Part shown: piece after piece, positions 1 to 9,935 of the stretch
Layout: each line of letters opens with the position of its first letter
Position numbering within the stretch: the stretch's first letter is position 1
Assembly: GCA_963663805.2 (NCBI GenBank)
Contig: CAXXMR010000013.1
Location: forward strand, 288,001-352,000
Reading direction: 5' to 3'
DNA length: 64,000 bases
Source of the DNA: Sedimentisphaerales bacterium
GTDB lineage: Bacteria > Planctomycetota > Phycisphaerae > Sedimentisphaerales > SM23-30
The notes under the pieces: model-generated
The model's database searches: none
What the model was told of the DNA's origin: nothing
What the model saw: only the letters and a program-made list of their open reading frames with translations
Position numbers and translations under genes: made by a program

Positions 1-26
1 GGGCCCTTACCGGGAGGTATAATCCC

Positions 27-689
27 TTGGACGTCAAAAACTTAGTGCTGTTTTCGGTCCTGGCGGCCTTTAGCTTTGGGTTTTGTATGACTGCGGCTGT
101 GCCGGCTGCTCCTGAGCCTGCTCTGGTGCCGCCTGCGGGTACGTGGCAGTTAGACTTCGAGATTCATGGTGAGCCGCGTCGGATTTCCATAATTCTGCCG
201 GGCGATGCCGAGCCACGCAGCTTTTGGTATCTGCTCTACACGATTACCAACAATACTGGTCAGGATGTGGAGTTTTATCCGCAGTTTGAGCTTATGACCG
301 ATACTTTCAAGCTTTATAATGCCGGTGACAAGGTTCGTCGTCCGGTTTTTGAGGCGATTCGCAAACGCTATGCCGAGACCATTCCGCTGCTGGAGCCCCA
401 AAGTATGCTGACGGGCAGATTGCTGGTGGGCAAGGACAACGCTCGTGATTCGGTGGCGATTTTTGAGGATTTCGACCCCAATGCTACTGAGGCTTCTGTT
501 TTTGTCGCGGGCCTGAGCAATGAGACCGTTAAGATGGAAATTTCTGAAAAAGCGGAATCAGGCGAAAAAGTTACAAAAGAAGTCTTGCTTCGTAAGACTT
601 TGATGCTAAAATACCAGGTTCCAGGTGACAGGTTCAACCCGGAAAAGCGCGTGATGCTGTATCGCGACAGAGAATGGTTAATGCGTTAA
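27..689 (+). CDS. Secreted hypothetical protein
   Basis: 220-aa ORF, GGAGG upstream, N-terminal signal-peptide-like hydrophobic stretch. Confidence 0.7.
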   Translation: MDVKNLVLFSVLAAFSFGFCMTAAVPAAPEPALVPPAGTWQLDFEIHGEPRRISIILPGDAEPRSFWYLLYTITNNTGQDVEFYPQFELMTDTFKLYNAGDKVRRPVFEAIRKRYAETIPLLEPQSMLTGRLLVGKDNARDSVAIFEDFDPNATEASVFVAGLSNETVKMEISEKAESGEKVTKEVLLRKTLMLKYQVPGDRFNPEKRVMLYRDREWLMR

Positions 690-752
690 CTGCTTATAAG
701 CAAAGCGGTTGGCGTAAATTTAGGAAGTATTCCAGAAGTTTGGAGCGTAACA

Positions 753-989
753 ATGGCTCATAAAAAAGGACAGGGTTCATCCCGTAACGGACGTGATTCT
801 CTCCCTCAATATCGTGGTGTAAAACTTTACGGCGGTCAGAAGGCCAAGGCTGGCGCGATTATCGTGCGGCAGTGCGGCACTCCTTTCAAGCCGGGCCGTA
901 ATGTTGGTGTGGGCAAGGATTACACCCTTTTCGCTCTGGCTGAGGGGACGGTGGTCTTTCAGGGCAGAAAAGTTCACGTCGAGAATTAG
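753..989 (+). CDS. rpmA: 50S ribosomal protein L27
   Basis: [16 protein letters not shown]...IIVRQ.GT...GKDYTLFAL signature. Confidence 0.98.
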   Translation: MAHKKGQGSSRNGRDSLPQYRGVKLYGGQKAKAGAIIVRQCGTPFKPGRNVGVGKDYTLFALAEGTVVFQGRKVHVEN

Positions 990-993
990 TTAA

Positions 994-2175
<1,182 letters not shown>

Positions 2176-2181
2176 TTTTTC

Positions 2182-3006
2182 ATGGATGTCATTACTATTG
2201 ATATTGGCAACAGCTCTGTGGTTCTAGGGCTGTTTACTCAGGACCAGCTCGAAGTTGTCGAGCGTCTCGGTGAGGACCGGCTGGTCGAGCTTTCATCAAT
2301 ACTTCGTTCTTTTCTAGCGAAGTGTCCGCCGGATGCCGACGAGAAACAAACCTTACCGGTAATCGTCAGTTCCGTGAATGGCCCCTGGCTGAAACTTGTT
2401 GAGGATGCCGTCAGCGAAACTTTCGACCAGAATATTTTGCTTGTGGGGCGTGATGTCCCTCTTTTTATCAATATTGCTTTGCCCGAACCGGAGAATATCG
2501 GTACCGACCGTTTGCTTACCGCTTCGGCTGCTTATGACCATCTCGAACACGCCTGTGTCATCGCTGATTTTGGCAGTGCAACCACTATTGACTGTGTCAA
2601 TGACCAGGGGATTTTTATCGGGGGTACTATCATGCCGGGTTTGAAAATGTCGGCTAATGCTTTGCATGACCATACCGATACTTTGCCAGAGATCGATATT
2701 ACAGTTCCCGACGGCGATTATGGAATCGATACTAAATCGGCAATGCAGCACGGTATCTATTATGGTGCTATTGGCGCTTTGCGTGCCATTGTTGAGCGTT
2801 ATGCCACGGTTCTGGGTAATTGGCCTCAACTGGTTCTTACCGGCGGCTACGCCAATCTGATTGCCCAGAAATGTGATTTTGCGGATTCGCTGGTGCCGGA
2901 CCTTTGCTTGACCGGTCTTTATCTGGAATATCACAAATATCTTACCGCTCAGGACAATGAGCAGGCCGGCCTGCCGGAATCAGACGGCACTGAGGCTGAG
3001 GAGTAG
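2182..3006 (+). CDS. coaX: Type III pantothenate kinase
   Basis: IDIGNS, GTDR, DFGSATTID, GGTIMPG, LTGG motifs. Confidence 0.93.
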   Translation: MDVITIDIGNSSVVLGLFTQDQLEVVERLGEDRLVELSSILRSFLAKCPPDADEKQTLPVIVSSVNGPWLKLVEDAVSETFDQNILLVGRDVPLFINIALPEPENIGTDRLLTASAAYDHLEHACVIADFGSATTIDCVNDQGIFIGGTIMPGLKMSANALHDHTDTLPEIDITVPDGDYGIDTKSAMQHGIYYGAIGALRAIVERYATVLGNWPQLVLTGGYANLIAQKCDFADSLVPDLCLTGLYLEYHKYLTAQDNEQAGLPESDGTEAEE

Positions 3007-3009
3007 GTT

Positions 3010-4116
3010 ATGATTAGCCGGGCCGCACTGCTGACGCCTGCCGGACCGGGCGGCATCGCTGTTATTCAGTTGCGGGGTTTACGTGCGGCCGAGGCGGTCG
3101 AAAATATTTTCCGGTTTCAGGCTGATACGGCGCAGGGGGGACTCAAACTCGGAAAAATTGTTGACGAAGAAAACAATGTCGTTGACGAAGTTCTATTGGT
3201 CGATAATTCCGAACAGAATCTTTTTGAAATACATTGCCACGGCGGGCCGCGGGTCGTGCAGCGAATTCTTATGCTTTTGCGTGACAATGGTCTGAATATT
3301 GTCAAATGGCAGGAGCTTGTCGATGCGGATTCTATTGAACAGGAAGTTACCCAAACTCTGCCTCTGGCCCGGACGCGTAAGGCGGTTCTGGCTATCAGCC
3401 ATCAGCATCCCGCGGGTCTGACGGCGTGGGTTGAGGGGGAGATTTCTTCGCTCAAAAAGGATTTGATAGACATTCATGAATATTACGAAGAAGCCACGCG
3501 TCTGCTGCGTACTTATACTTTGACGCGTCGATTGCTTCAGCCTGCCCAGATTGTTATTACCGGCCCGGTGAACGTCGGCAAGAGTACGCTGGCGAATGTT
3601 CTGACCGGCAGGCGGCAGTCGCTGGCGGCGGATTTGCCGGGTACGACACGTGACTATACGAGTCAATTGACCGATATAAACGGCCTGCCGGTTGAGCTGA
3701 TTGATACCGCTGGCCGTCGCGATACAGATGATTATCTGGAAAAAATGTCCCTGGAAAAAGCCGACAAACTGCTTGTTGCGGCGGATTTGGTATTGCTGGT
3801 TGTTTCGGCGGCGGATGATGTCGATGAACAGATCGACCAGCAGTTGGAGCATATCCCTATTGAGGCTGAAGTGCTTATTGTGGTGAACAAGGCCGACCGG
3901 GTGGATGTGCCTGCCAGCAGCTATTTGCATATTTCGGCGTTGGTTGGCGATAATCTCGATGAGCTTCGCCAGAGTATCGCTGACCAGCTGGGATTGTCAT
4001 CTTTTAATCCCGCTCAGCCGTTGGTTTTCACCGACCGCCAGGTTGCTTTATTGACCGACAGTCTTAGTGGTGAGTTGGAAACAGTGCTGGAGTGCCTGCG
4101 AAAACTCCGGGGATAG
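3010..4116 (+). CDS. MnmE/TrmE-like GTPase (short form)
   Basis: TP.G.GGIAVIQLRG, EIHCHGG, GPVNVGKS, GTTRD, DTAG, NKAD; only 368 aa. Confidence 0.8.
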   Translation: MISRAALLTPAGPGGIAVIQLRGLRAAEAVENIFRFQADTAQGGLKLGKIVDEENNVVDEVLLVDNSEQNLFEIHCHGGPRVVQRILMLLRDNGLNIVKWQELVDADSIEQEVTQTLPLARTRKAVLAISHQHPAGLTAWVEGEISSLKKDLIDIHEYYEEATRLLRTYTLTRRLLQPAQIVITGPVNVGKSTLANVLTGRRQSLAADLPGTTRDYTSQLTDINGLPVELIDTAGRRDTDDYLEKMSLEKADKLLVAADLVLLVVSAADDVDEQIDQQLEHIPIEAEVLIVVNKADRVDVPASSYLHISALVGDNLDELRQSIADQLGLSSFNPAQPLVFTDRQVALLTDSLSGELETVLECLRKLRG

Positions 4117-4245
4117 TTTTTCTGTTTTGCGTCAAAACGCTTTGCGGAGGCGATTCTCGCTGGAAATTTTTGGGCGTGGGCTGTATACTCAGCCGCTTAA
4201 CGGATTCAGGAATTTGCGGTTAAACTTGCGGAATGATAGAAGATA

Positions 4246-6951
4246 ATGTCAAATTTACCGGACATCGATAAACTCACTCCCGCCATGCGGCAGTTTCATA
4301 ATTTCAAACAGCAGTATCCCGACGCGATTTTATTTTTTCGCATGGGCGATTTTTACGAAACTTTTTATGATGACGCCAGAATCTGTGCCCGTGTACTGGG
4401 CATAACTCTCACCAGTCGTGGCAAAGGTGAGTCCGCCGCACCGCTGGCCGGTGTGCCTCATCATGCCGTAACCGGTTATCTTAACAAGATGATTAAGGCC
4501 GGTTACAAGGTCGCTATTTGTGAGCAGGTTGAAGACCCTGCCCAGGCCAAAGGTGTGGTTAAGCGTGATGTTGTTCGGCTGGTAACGCCGGGGACACTCA
4601 CCGAAGATTCACTGCTGGAGGAGCGGGAAGGCAATTTTCTGGCGGCGGTTTGTTTTGTCCGTCCTCAGGGTAATTCCAAATCCGCCAGTCGGGCCGAACC
4701 TGAGCAGGTCGGTATTGCCTGGGTGGAGCTTTCTACCGGCCAGTTTTTCGCTGAGCTTACCGAAAGCCGCTTCGTGCTGGACGAGCTGGCCCGGCTGCAT
4801 CCGGCGGAATGTGTTATCAGCGATGATACGGATGCACTGCCGGAAAACTTCGCTCGTAACTTGCGTGAGCTTACCGGTGCTGTGGTAACTACCCGTGCCG
4901 GTTACATTTTCGAGCGTCACACCGCGTTTGAAGCACTCAAGAAACATTTCCGCACCGCTTCGCTGGAGGGTTTTGGTTTTGAGGGGGCGAATCTGGCGAC
5001 CTCTGCCGCCGGTGCGGTGATTGATTATCTTAACGAGACTCAAAAAACCGCGCTCGAGCATATTTCGCGTCTCCAGCGTATCTCCCGTGAAAATTACCTT
5101 CAGCTTGACCAGACCACCTTACGCAGCCTGGAAGTTGAGCGTACTATTCGTGATGGTTCTCGTGTCGGGTCACTGCTGCACAGCATCGACCAGACCGTTA
5201 CCGCTTTGGGTGGGCGTCAGTTACGTCAGTACGTTACGTGTCCCTTGTATAATCTGCCTGAAATTGAAAGGCGGCAGGACGCGGTCGCTGAGCTTTTACA
5301 GATGGACGAACTGCGACGCAAACTGCGGGCCTGTCTGGGCGATGTGGCTGATATTGAGCGTATCACCTCGCGGGTGAGTACCGGGCGAACTTCGCCGCGT
5401 GATTTGCTGGGGCTGGGGCGGACTTTACGGCAGATGCCTTTGGTGAAGCAGTTGCTGAGTAATTGCACCGGTGCTTTGCTGGGGGAAATTGCCGGGCGGG
5501 TGGATACTCTGGATTTACTGGCGGATTTGCTTGAAGCATCGCTGGACCCGGAAGCACCGCTGGGCTATCGTGACGGCGGGGTTATTCGCAGCGGTTTCAA
5601 TGAGGAAGTTGACCGTTTGCGTTCTCTCTGTCGGGACGGGCAAAGCTGGCTGGCGGAATATCAACAGAAGCTTATTCAGCAGACCGGCCATGCCAGCCTC
5701 AAGGTTGGTTTCAATAAAGTGTTTGGTTATTACGTTGAAGTTTCCCACGCTTTTCGCGGTGAGCTGTCCGGCGATTTTGTGCGTAAGCAGACCCTCAAAA
5801 ACGCGGAACGCTATATTACCGATGAACTCAAGAAATATGAGTCCGAAGCTCTCACTGCTGAACATCGCTGTAAGAAACTTGAGGAAGAACTCTTTCAGGA
5901 ATTGCGTCGTGAAGTTGCCGCGCAGACTTTGCATCTTCAGCAGATTGCCGAAGCGGTGGCCGCTGTCGATTGTTTCGCCGCGTTAGCGGAAATTGCCCGC
6001 CATCGCAACTATTGCCGGCCCACCATGCACACCGACAAGGACACCCGCATTATCGATGGGCGGCATCCTGTACTTGACGTTACTCTCGGTAATGGTTTTG
6101 TGCCCAACGATGTAAGTTTTTCGGCACCTTCGGAAAAATCACCCGACCCCGCCGCGGATCTGACTATTATCACCGGGCCGAACATGTCTGGTAAGAGCAC
6201 TTATATCCGCCAGACCGCACTGCTGGTGCTCATGGCCCAGATGGGCAGTTATATCCCCGCGTCATCTGCCACTATCGGTCTGGTTGACCGTATCTTTACC
6301 CGTGTCGGTGCCTCCGATGAACTTACCCGCGGGCAGTCAACTTTTATGGTCGAAATGACTGAGACCGCCAATATCATCAACAATGCCACCGATCGCTCTC
6401 TGGTGATTCTCGACGAAATTGGTCGCGGCACCAGTACCTACGATGGTCTGTCCCTGGCCTGGTCCATCGCTGAACATATCGCCCTCAATATAAAATGTCG
6501 TACCCTGTTCGCCACTCATTATCACGAGATTACCGAGCTTGCCGAGCTTATCCCTAATATCGCCAACAGCAATGTTGCTGTGCGTGAATGGAAAGACGAT
6601 GTGGTTTTCCTGCACAAAATCGTGCCCGGTCGAGCCGACCGCAGTTATGGTATCCATGTCGCCCGACTAGCTGGTGTCCCCAAAAACGTTCTGGTCCGTG
6701 CCCGTGAGATTCTGGATGAACTCGAACGTAATTTCGCCCGCGAGTCGCACCGCCCCGAACTGACCGGAAAACGTACTCCCACGCCAGAAGGACAATTACT
6801 CCTGTTCGATGAACTCATTGGTGAAACCATTATCGAAAAAATCCCCGACTGGCTCAGCGAAAAATTAGGACAGGCCGACCTCAATAATATGACCCCCATG
6901 CAGGCCTGGCAGCTTTTGTCGGACATGAAGCAGAACCTCTCCGAGCAATAA
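4246..6951 (+). CDS. mutS: DNA mismatch repair protein MutS
   Basis: FFRMGDFYE, TGPNMSGKST, STFMVEM, DEIGRGT, SYGIHVARLAG. Confidence 0.98.
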   Translation: MSNLPDIDKLTPAMRQFHNFKQQYPDAILFFRMGDFYETFYDDARICARVLGITLTSRGKGESAAPLAGVPHHAVTGYLNKMIKAGYKVAICEQVEDPAQAKGVVKRDVVRLVTPGTLTEDSLLEEREGNFLAAVCFVRPQGNSKSASRAEPEQVGIAWVELSTGQFFAELTESRFVLDELARLHPAECVISDDTDALPENFARNLRELTGAVVTTRAGYIFERHTAFEALKKHFRTASLEGFGFEGANLATSAAGAVIDYLNETQKTALEHISRLQRISRENYLQLDQTTLRSLEVERTIRDGSRVGSLLHSIDQTVTALGGRQLRQYVTCPLYNLPEIERRQDAVAELLQMDELRRKLRACLGDVADIERITSRVSTGRTSPRDLLGLGRTLRQMPLVKQLLSNCTGALLGEIAGRVDTLDLLADLLEASLDPEAPLGYRDGGVIRSGFNEEVDRLRSLCRDGQSWLAEYQQKLIQQTGHASLKVGFNKVFGYYVEVSHAFRGELSGDFVRKQTLKNAERYITDELKKYESEALTAEHRCKKLEEELFQELRREVAAQTLHLQQIAEAVAAVDCFAALAEIARHRNYCRPTMHTDKDTRIIDGRHPVLDVTLGNGFVPNDVSFSAPSEKSPDPAADLTIITGPNMSGKSTYIRQTALLVLMAQMGSYIPASSATIGLVDRIFTRVGASDELTRGQSTFMVEMTETANIINNATDRSLVILDEIGRGTSTYDGLSLAWSIAEHIALNIKCRTLFATHYHEITELAELIPNIANSNVAVREWKDDVVFLHKIVPGRADRSYGIHVARLAGVPKNVLVRAREILDELERNFARESHRPELTGKRTPTPEGQLLLFDELIGETIIEKIPDWLSEKLGQADLNNMTPMQAWQLLSDMKQNLSEQ

Positions 6952-6984
6952 AAAAAGCCCCTCGCAAAGCAAAGAGGCTTGTTT
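6951..6984. terminator. Probable bidirectional terminator between convergent genes
   Basis: A-run, AAGCC.CT...AGAGGCTT stem, T-rich tail. Confidence 0.5.
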
Positions 6985-7036
6985 ATTTTATTAGTCTCTT
7001 ACAAATGAAATTTTGCGCAAAATAGCAACAATTTAC

Positions 7037-7180
7037 CAGAGCCGCGTACGGAGGTAAGCGGTGCCGTTAAAAATCCGCGTAATCCGTGTAATCCGCGGCT
7101 AAATATTGTCGTTGTTTGTGTTGTCTTGAATTTTGAGTTTAGAATTTGTTCAGGATTTAGAATTTAGTGCTTAGGGTTTC
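7037..7180. repeat. Cluster of short intergenic repeats (REP-like hairpin, 9-mer tandem, 7-mer tandem)
   Basis: CAGAGCCGCGTACGGAGGTAAGCGG at 7037-7061; AATCCGCGT-like unit x3 at 7072-7098; TAGAATT-like heptamers at about 7125-7180. Confidence 0.55.
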
Positions 7181-7204
7181 CAGTTTATCTGGGGCAGGTT
7201 AATT

Positions 7205-8236
7205 TCAGACTTTTCTCCGCCGCCTGATCGTTACCAGCGAGCCTATCGCCAGGAACGCTATCGCTGCCGGCTCAGGAATGGATGGCGGGGTTACACAGGA
7301 TATCGAGAGTTCACTGCCTGGCGTGAACTGACCAAAATTAATCTGACCGCCGCCGTTGAGGTTGCCCACAATCAGCGAACCGGTAATTACGCCGCTGCTG
7401 AAGTAGGTGTCCGCCAGCGGAGCCAGAATATTTACGTTATTACTGCTGGAGAGGCTCAGTTTCTCCGCGTCGGCAAAGTTAAGGATGACATCCGCAGCTG
7501 TTATGCCGCCGCTGTAGCTCCAGTTGGTCGAGTCCAGAGTGGCACTGCTGTCGGAAACATTAATCAGAACTTTCGAGCCGGCTGAGCCTTTGATGTCAAA
7601 GCCCCAGGCGTTTTTCAAATCCGAACTGCTGATTTCCAAAACATTAATTCCCTCGGCGGCACTATAGCTCAGACCGCCCCAGTTATTGGTAATCTTACCG
7701 GTCGCACTCATGCTCGCGATCGAACTGGATGTCCCTTTGAAGTAAGACGAAATGGCGTCGTAGTCCAGCCCCACATAATCGGTACCTTCCTTAACACCGC
7801 CGGTTGCGGACCATTGCTTGGGCAAATCGGCACTGCCACCGGCTGCGATACTGCCGTTAATCGTGCCGCCGCCCTGAGTATTCAGGCTGCCGCCCATATA
7901 GATGTCACCATTGACGCTCAGGCTTTGCAGCGTCAGGTCTTTGCTTATGTCGAGCGAACCGGTATATGAACCGCCTTTGAGATAGGCAGACCCGCCGGTA
8001 TGTAAAGTATAGCCGTCAGTAGAGCCCTTGCCAGCGGCACTGAAGCTCTTGAAATAAACATCACCAGCCGCGCCGATAACACCGTCAATATCACTTGTAT
8101 AGCCGCCGTTATCGGTCCCGATGTCACCCAGACTGTAAACATGGAACTGCTCAAACGGGTCGGCCAGACTGGACCAGCCAATCACCGGGGTTAATGCCGC
8201 AAGCACTAATGATAACATAATCACAATTTTACTCAT
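7205..8236 (-). CDS. Choice-of-anchor A-like domain protein with PEP-CTERM sorting signal
   Basis: Signal peptide, Gly/Ser-rich body, C-terminal IPEP-TM-RRRRK. Confidence 0.8.
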   Translation of the reverse strand: MSKIVIMLSLVLAALTPVIGWSSLADPFEQFHVYSLGDIGTDNGGYTSDIDGVIGAAGDVYFKSFSAAGKGSTDGYTLHTGGSAYLKGGSYTGSLDISKDLTLQSLSVNGDIYMGGSLNTQGGGTINGSIAAGGSADLPKQWSATGGVKEGTDYVGLDYDAISSYFKGTSSSIASMSATGKITNNWGGLSYSAAEGINVLEISSSDLKNAWGFDIKGSAGSKVLINVSDSSATLDSTNWSYSGGITAADVILNFADAEKLSLSSSNNVNILAPLADTYFSSGVITGSLIVGNLNGGGQINFGQFTPGSELSISCVTPPSIPEPAAIAFLAIGSLVTIRRRRKV

Positions 8237-8740
8237 ATCTTTTTTTGTCCTTAATAAACTAAAGTTAAATTCTGTTTACTTTCCTGGCACTTGCCTTTTT
8301 CATTCAAGTAAAAGAGAAGATACATTCAGCCTGAATGCAAATCCCCCGAATAGATTAAATGTGATTTTAAGCCCCTCACGCGGTTCCGCCCCCGCAAAAT
8401 CCGCATAACCCCTACAAACCTGACTTTGATATTAAGGTTATCGCCCCCTGGCTGTGCGCAAAATAACAGCGTGATTCAAAAAATCAAACCACGCCGCTGA
8501 ATTATCGGATTGGTAACCGTTCACTCATACCCCCTGCCTTCTTCCAGGGTGGCAGCTTCTTGCATAGCAAGGAGCTGGTCTTCGCCATTGACGATATAAT
8601 TGAAAGTTTGAGCTACACGCCCTCTGCCTGCCGTTAAATAAAAACTCTCGGCGAAGCCGAAACCTCGCCGTTCACTCTTGCCTCATGCCTCATGCCTTCT
8701 TCCAAGGTAATGGAAGCGCCAAATACGCCAAACGCCGCCC

Positions 8741-9200
8741 TTAGTTTTCGATGTTATAGTGGCTATCATACTCAAGTTCGAGTTTGAGTTTGTGCCGCGC
8801 TTCCTCACGTGCCAGCGAGGTCAGCAAATCTTTCAGGGCCGGGTCCGTAGTGCAGGCTGCCAAATCAGAGTAGAGTTTGAACGCTGATTTTTCTTTCCGC
8901 ATCGCTAGGATATAAGCTTTTTGCGTATCCAACTCCTCGTCAGGCTCGATTTCAACCAGATAGTCAGAGATTTTTAAAATCAGCCTGTCCAGCTCCAGCC
9001 GTCGCCGCGAGTTTGCCGCCGGCCTTGACCTGCTGAAGTTTTGCCTTGTGGCCCTCTTCCTCCGCGGCGAACTCCTCGAAAGCCGCCTTCAGGGCGGCGT
9101 TATCCGACCGGCTCGCCAGCTCGCGATAAAATACCGCGGCCCCGATTTCCTCGTTAATCGCGAAATCCAGAATATCTTCAATGTTGTTGAATGCGCCCAT
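8741..9200 (-). CDS. Rubrerythrin/ferritin-like protein split by a frameshift near 8971-8979
   Basis: Two ExxH halves (EEEGHK; EEARHK); removing one base in TTTTAAAAA restores ...DLKISDYLVEIEPD... Confidence 0.8.
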
Positions 9201-9365
9201 CTAAGCTCTCCTGAAAATAAGACACTCGATTATTTAGTCACCAGATTATACCCCTGAAACCCGCTCGGTCCAGCCCCGAAAATTCAAAACTTGAAACTTG
9301 CGTCCCCGCCCCCTTCGATGGTATATTACCCCTCCGGTCACAAAGCTGGCCGGTGAAAAATAGAC

Positions 9366-9439
9366 GCCCCCATCGTCTAGCGGCCTAGGATACCTGGTTC
9401 TCAGCCAGGTGACAGGGGGTTCGAGTCCCCTTGGGGGTA
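9366..9439 (+). tRNA. tRNA-Glu (anticodon CTC), CCA not encoded
   Basis: GCCCCCA/TGGGGGT acceptor stem, CCTGG-TTCTCAG-CCAGG anticodon arm, GGTTCGAGTCC T-arm. Confidence 0.95.
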
Positions 9440-9504
9440 ATTTTCACTCTCTCAAATCCTTGTTTTTGGCTCATAAATGAGGATTTCATGTAACGGCTTT
9501 TTTG

Positions 9505-9527
9505 AATGTAGTAATCAATGTAGTAAG
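9505..9527 (+). repeat. Tandem AATGTAGTAA pair (putative integrase arm site, left)
   Basis: AATGTAGTAA-TC-AATGTAGTAAG; same arrangement at 44991-45013. Confidence 0.7.
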
Positions 9528-9935
9528 GTTTTTAGTCTGCATTCTCTCCTTATTACTCTTTCCCGTTTTATACTCTTAGAGTAGGGAATAATCATCAAAA
9601 GCCAAAAGTCTGTTCCAATTACGAACAACCTTAAATCATGTACCACTCTCCAATAGTTAATTGTAATAAAATAATAAGAGTATTGAGAGGCAGAATAGCT
9701 GTTATTGAAGCTTTATAAGCAAATTAATAAGCCTTAATTGTTCCTTGAGCGAAAATTCTCCCTTAAGTCCCTTATTAAATGCTTGTTTTTTATATAACTA
9801 AGTGTATAGTAGGGATTAAGGTTTAGCCCAAGGGGGGCGAGTCAGTTGCCTCATAGGGAAACTTCGTTTGTTAAGTTGTGGTAGTTTAGGTGGTTATGGC
9901 TAGCAGGAGTGATTTTTTAGATATTAAGGCGGGAT

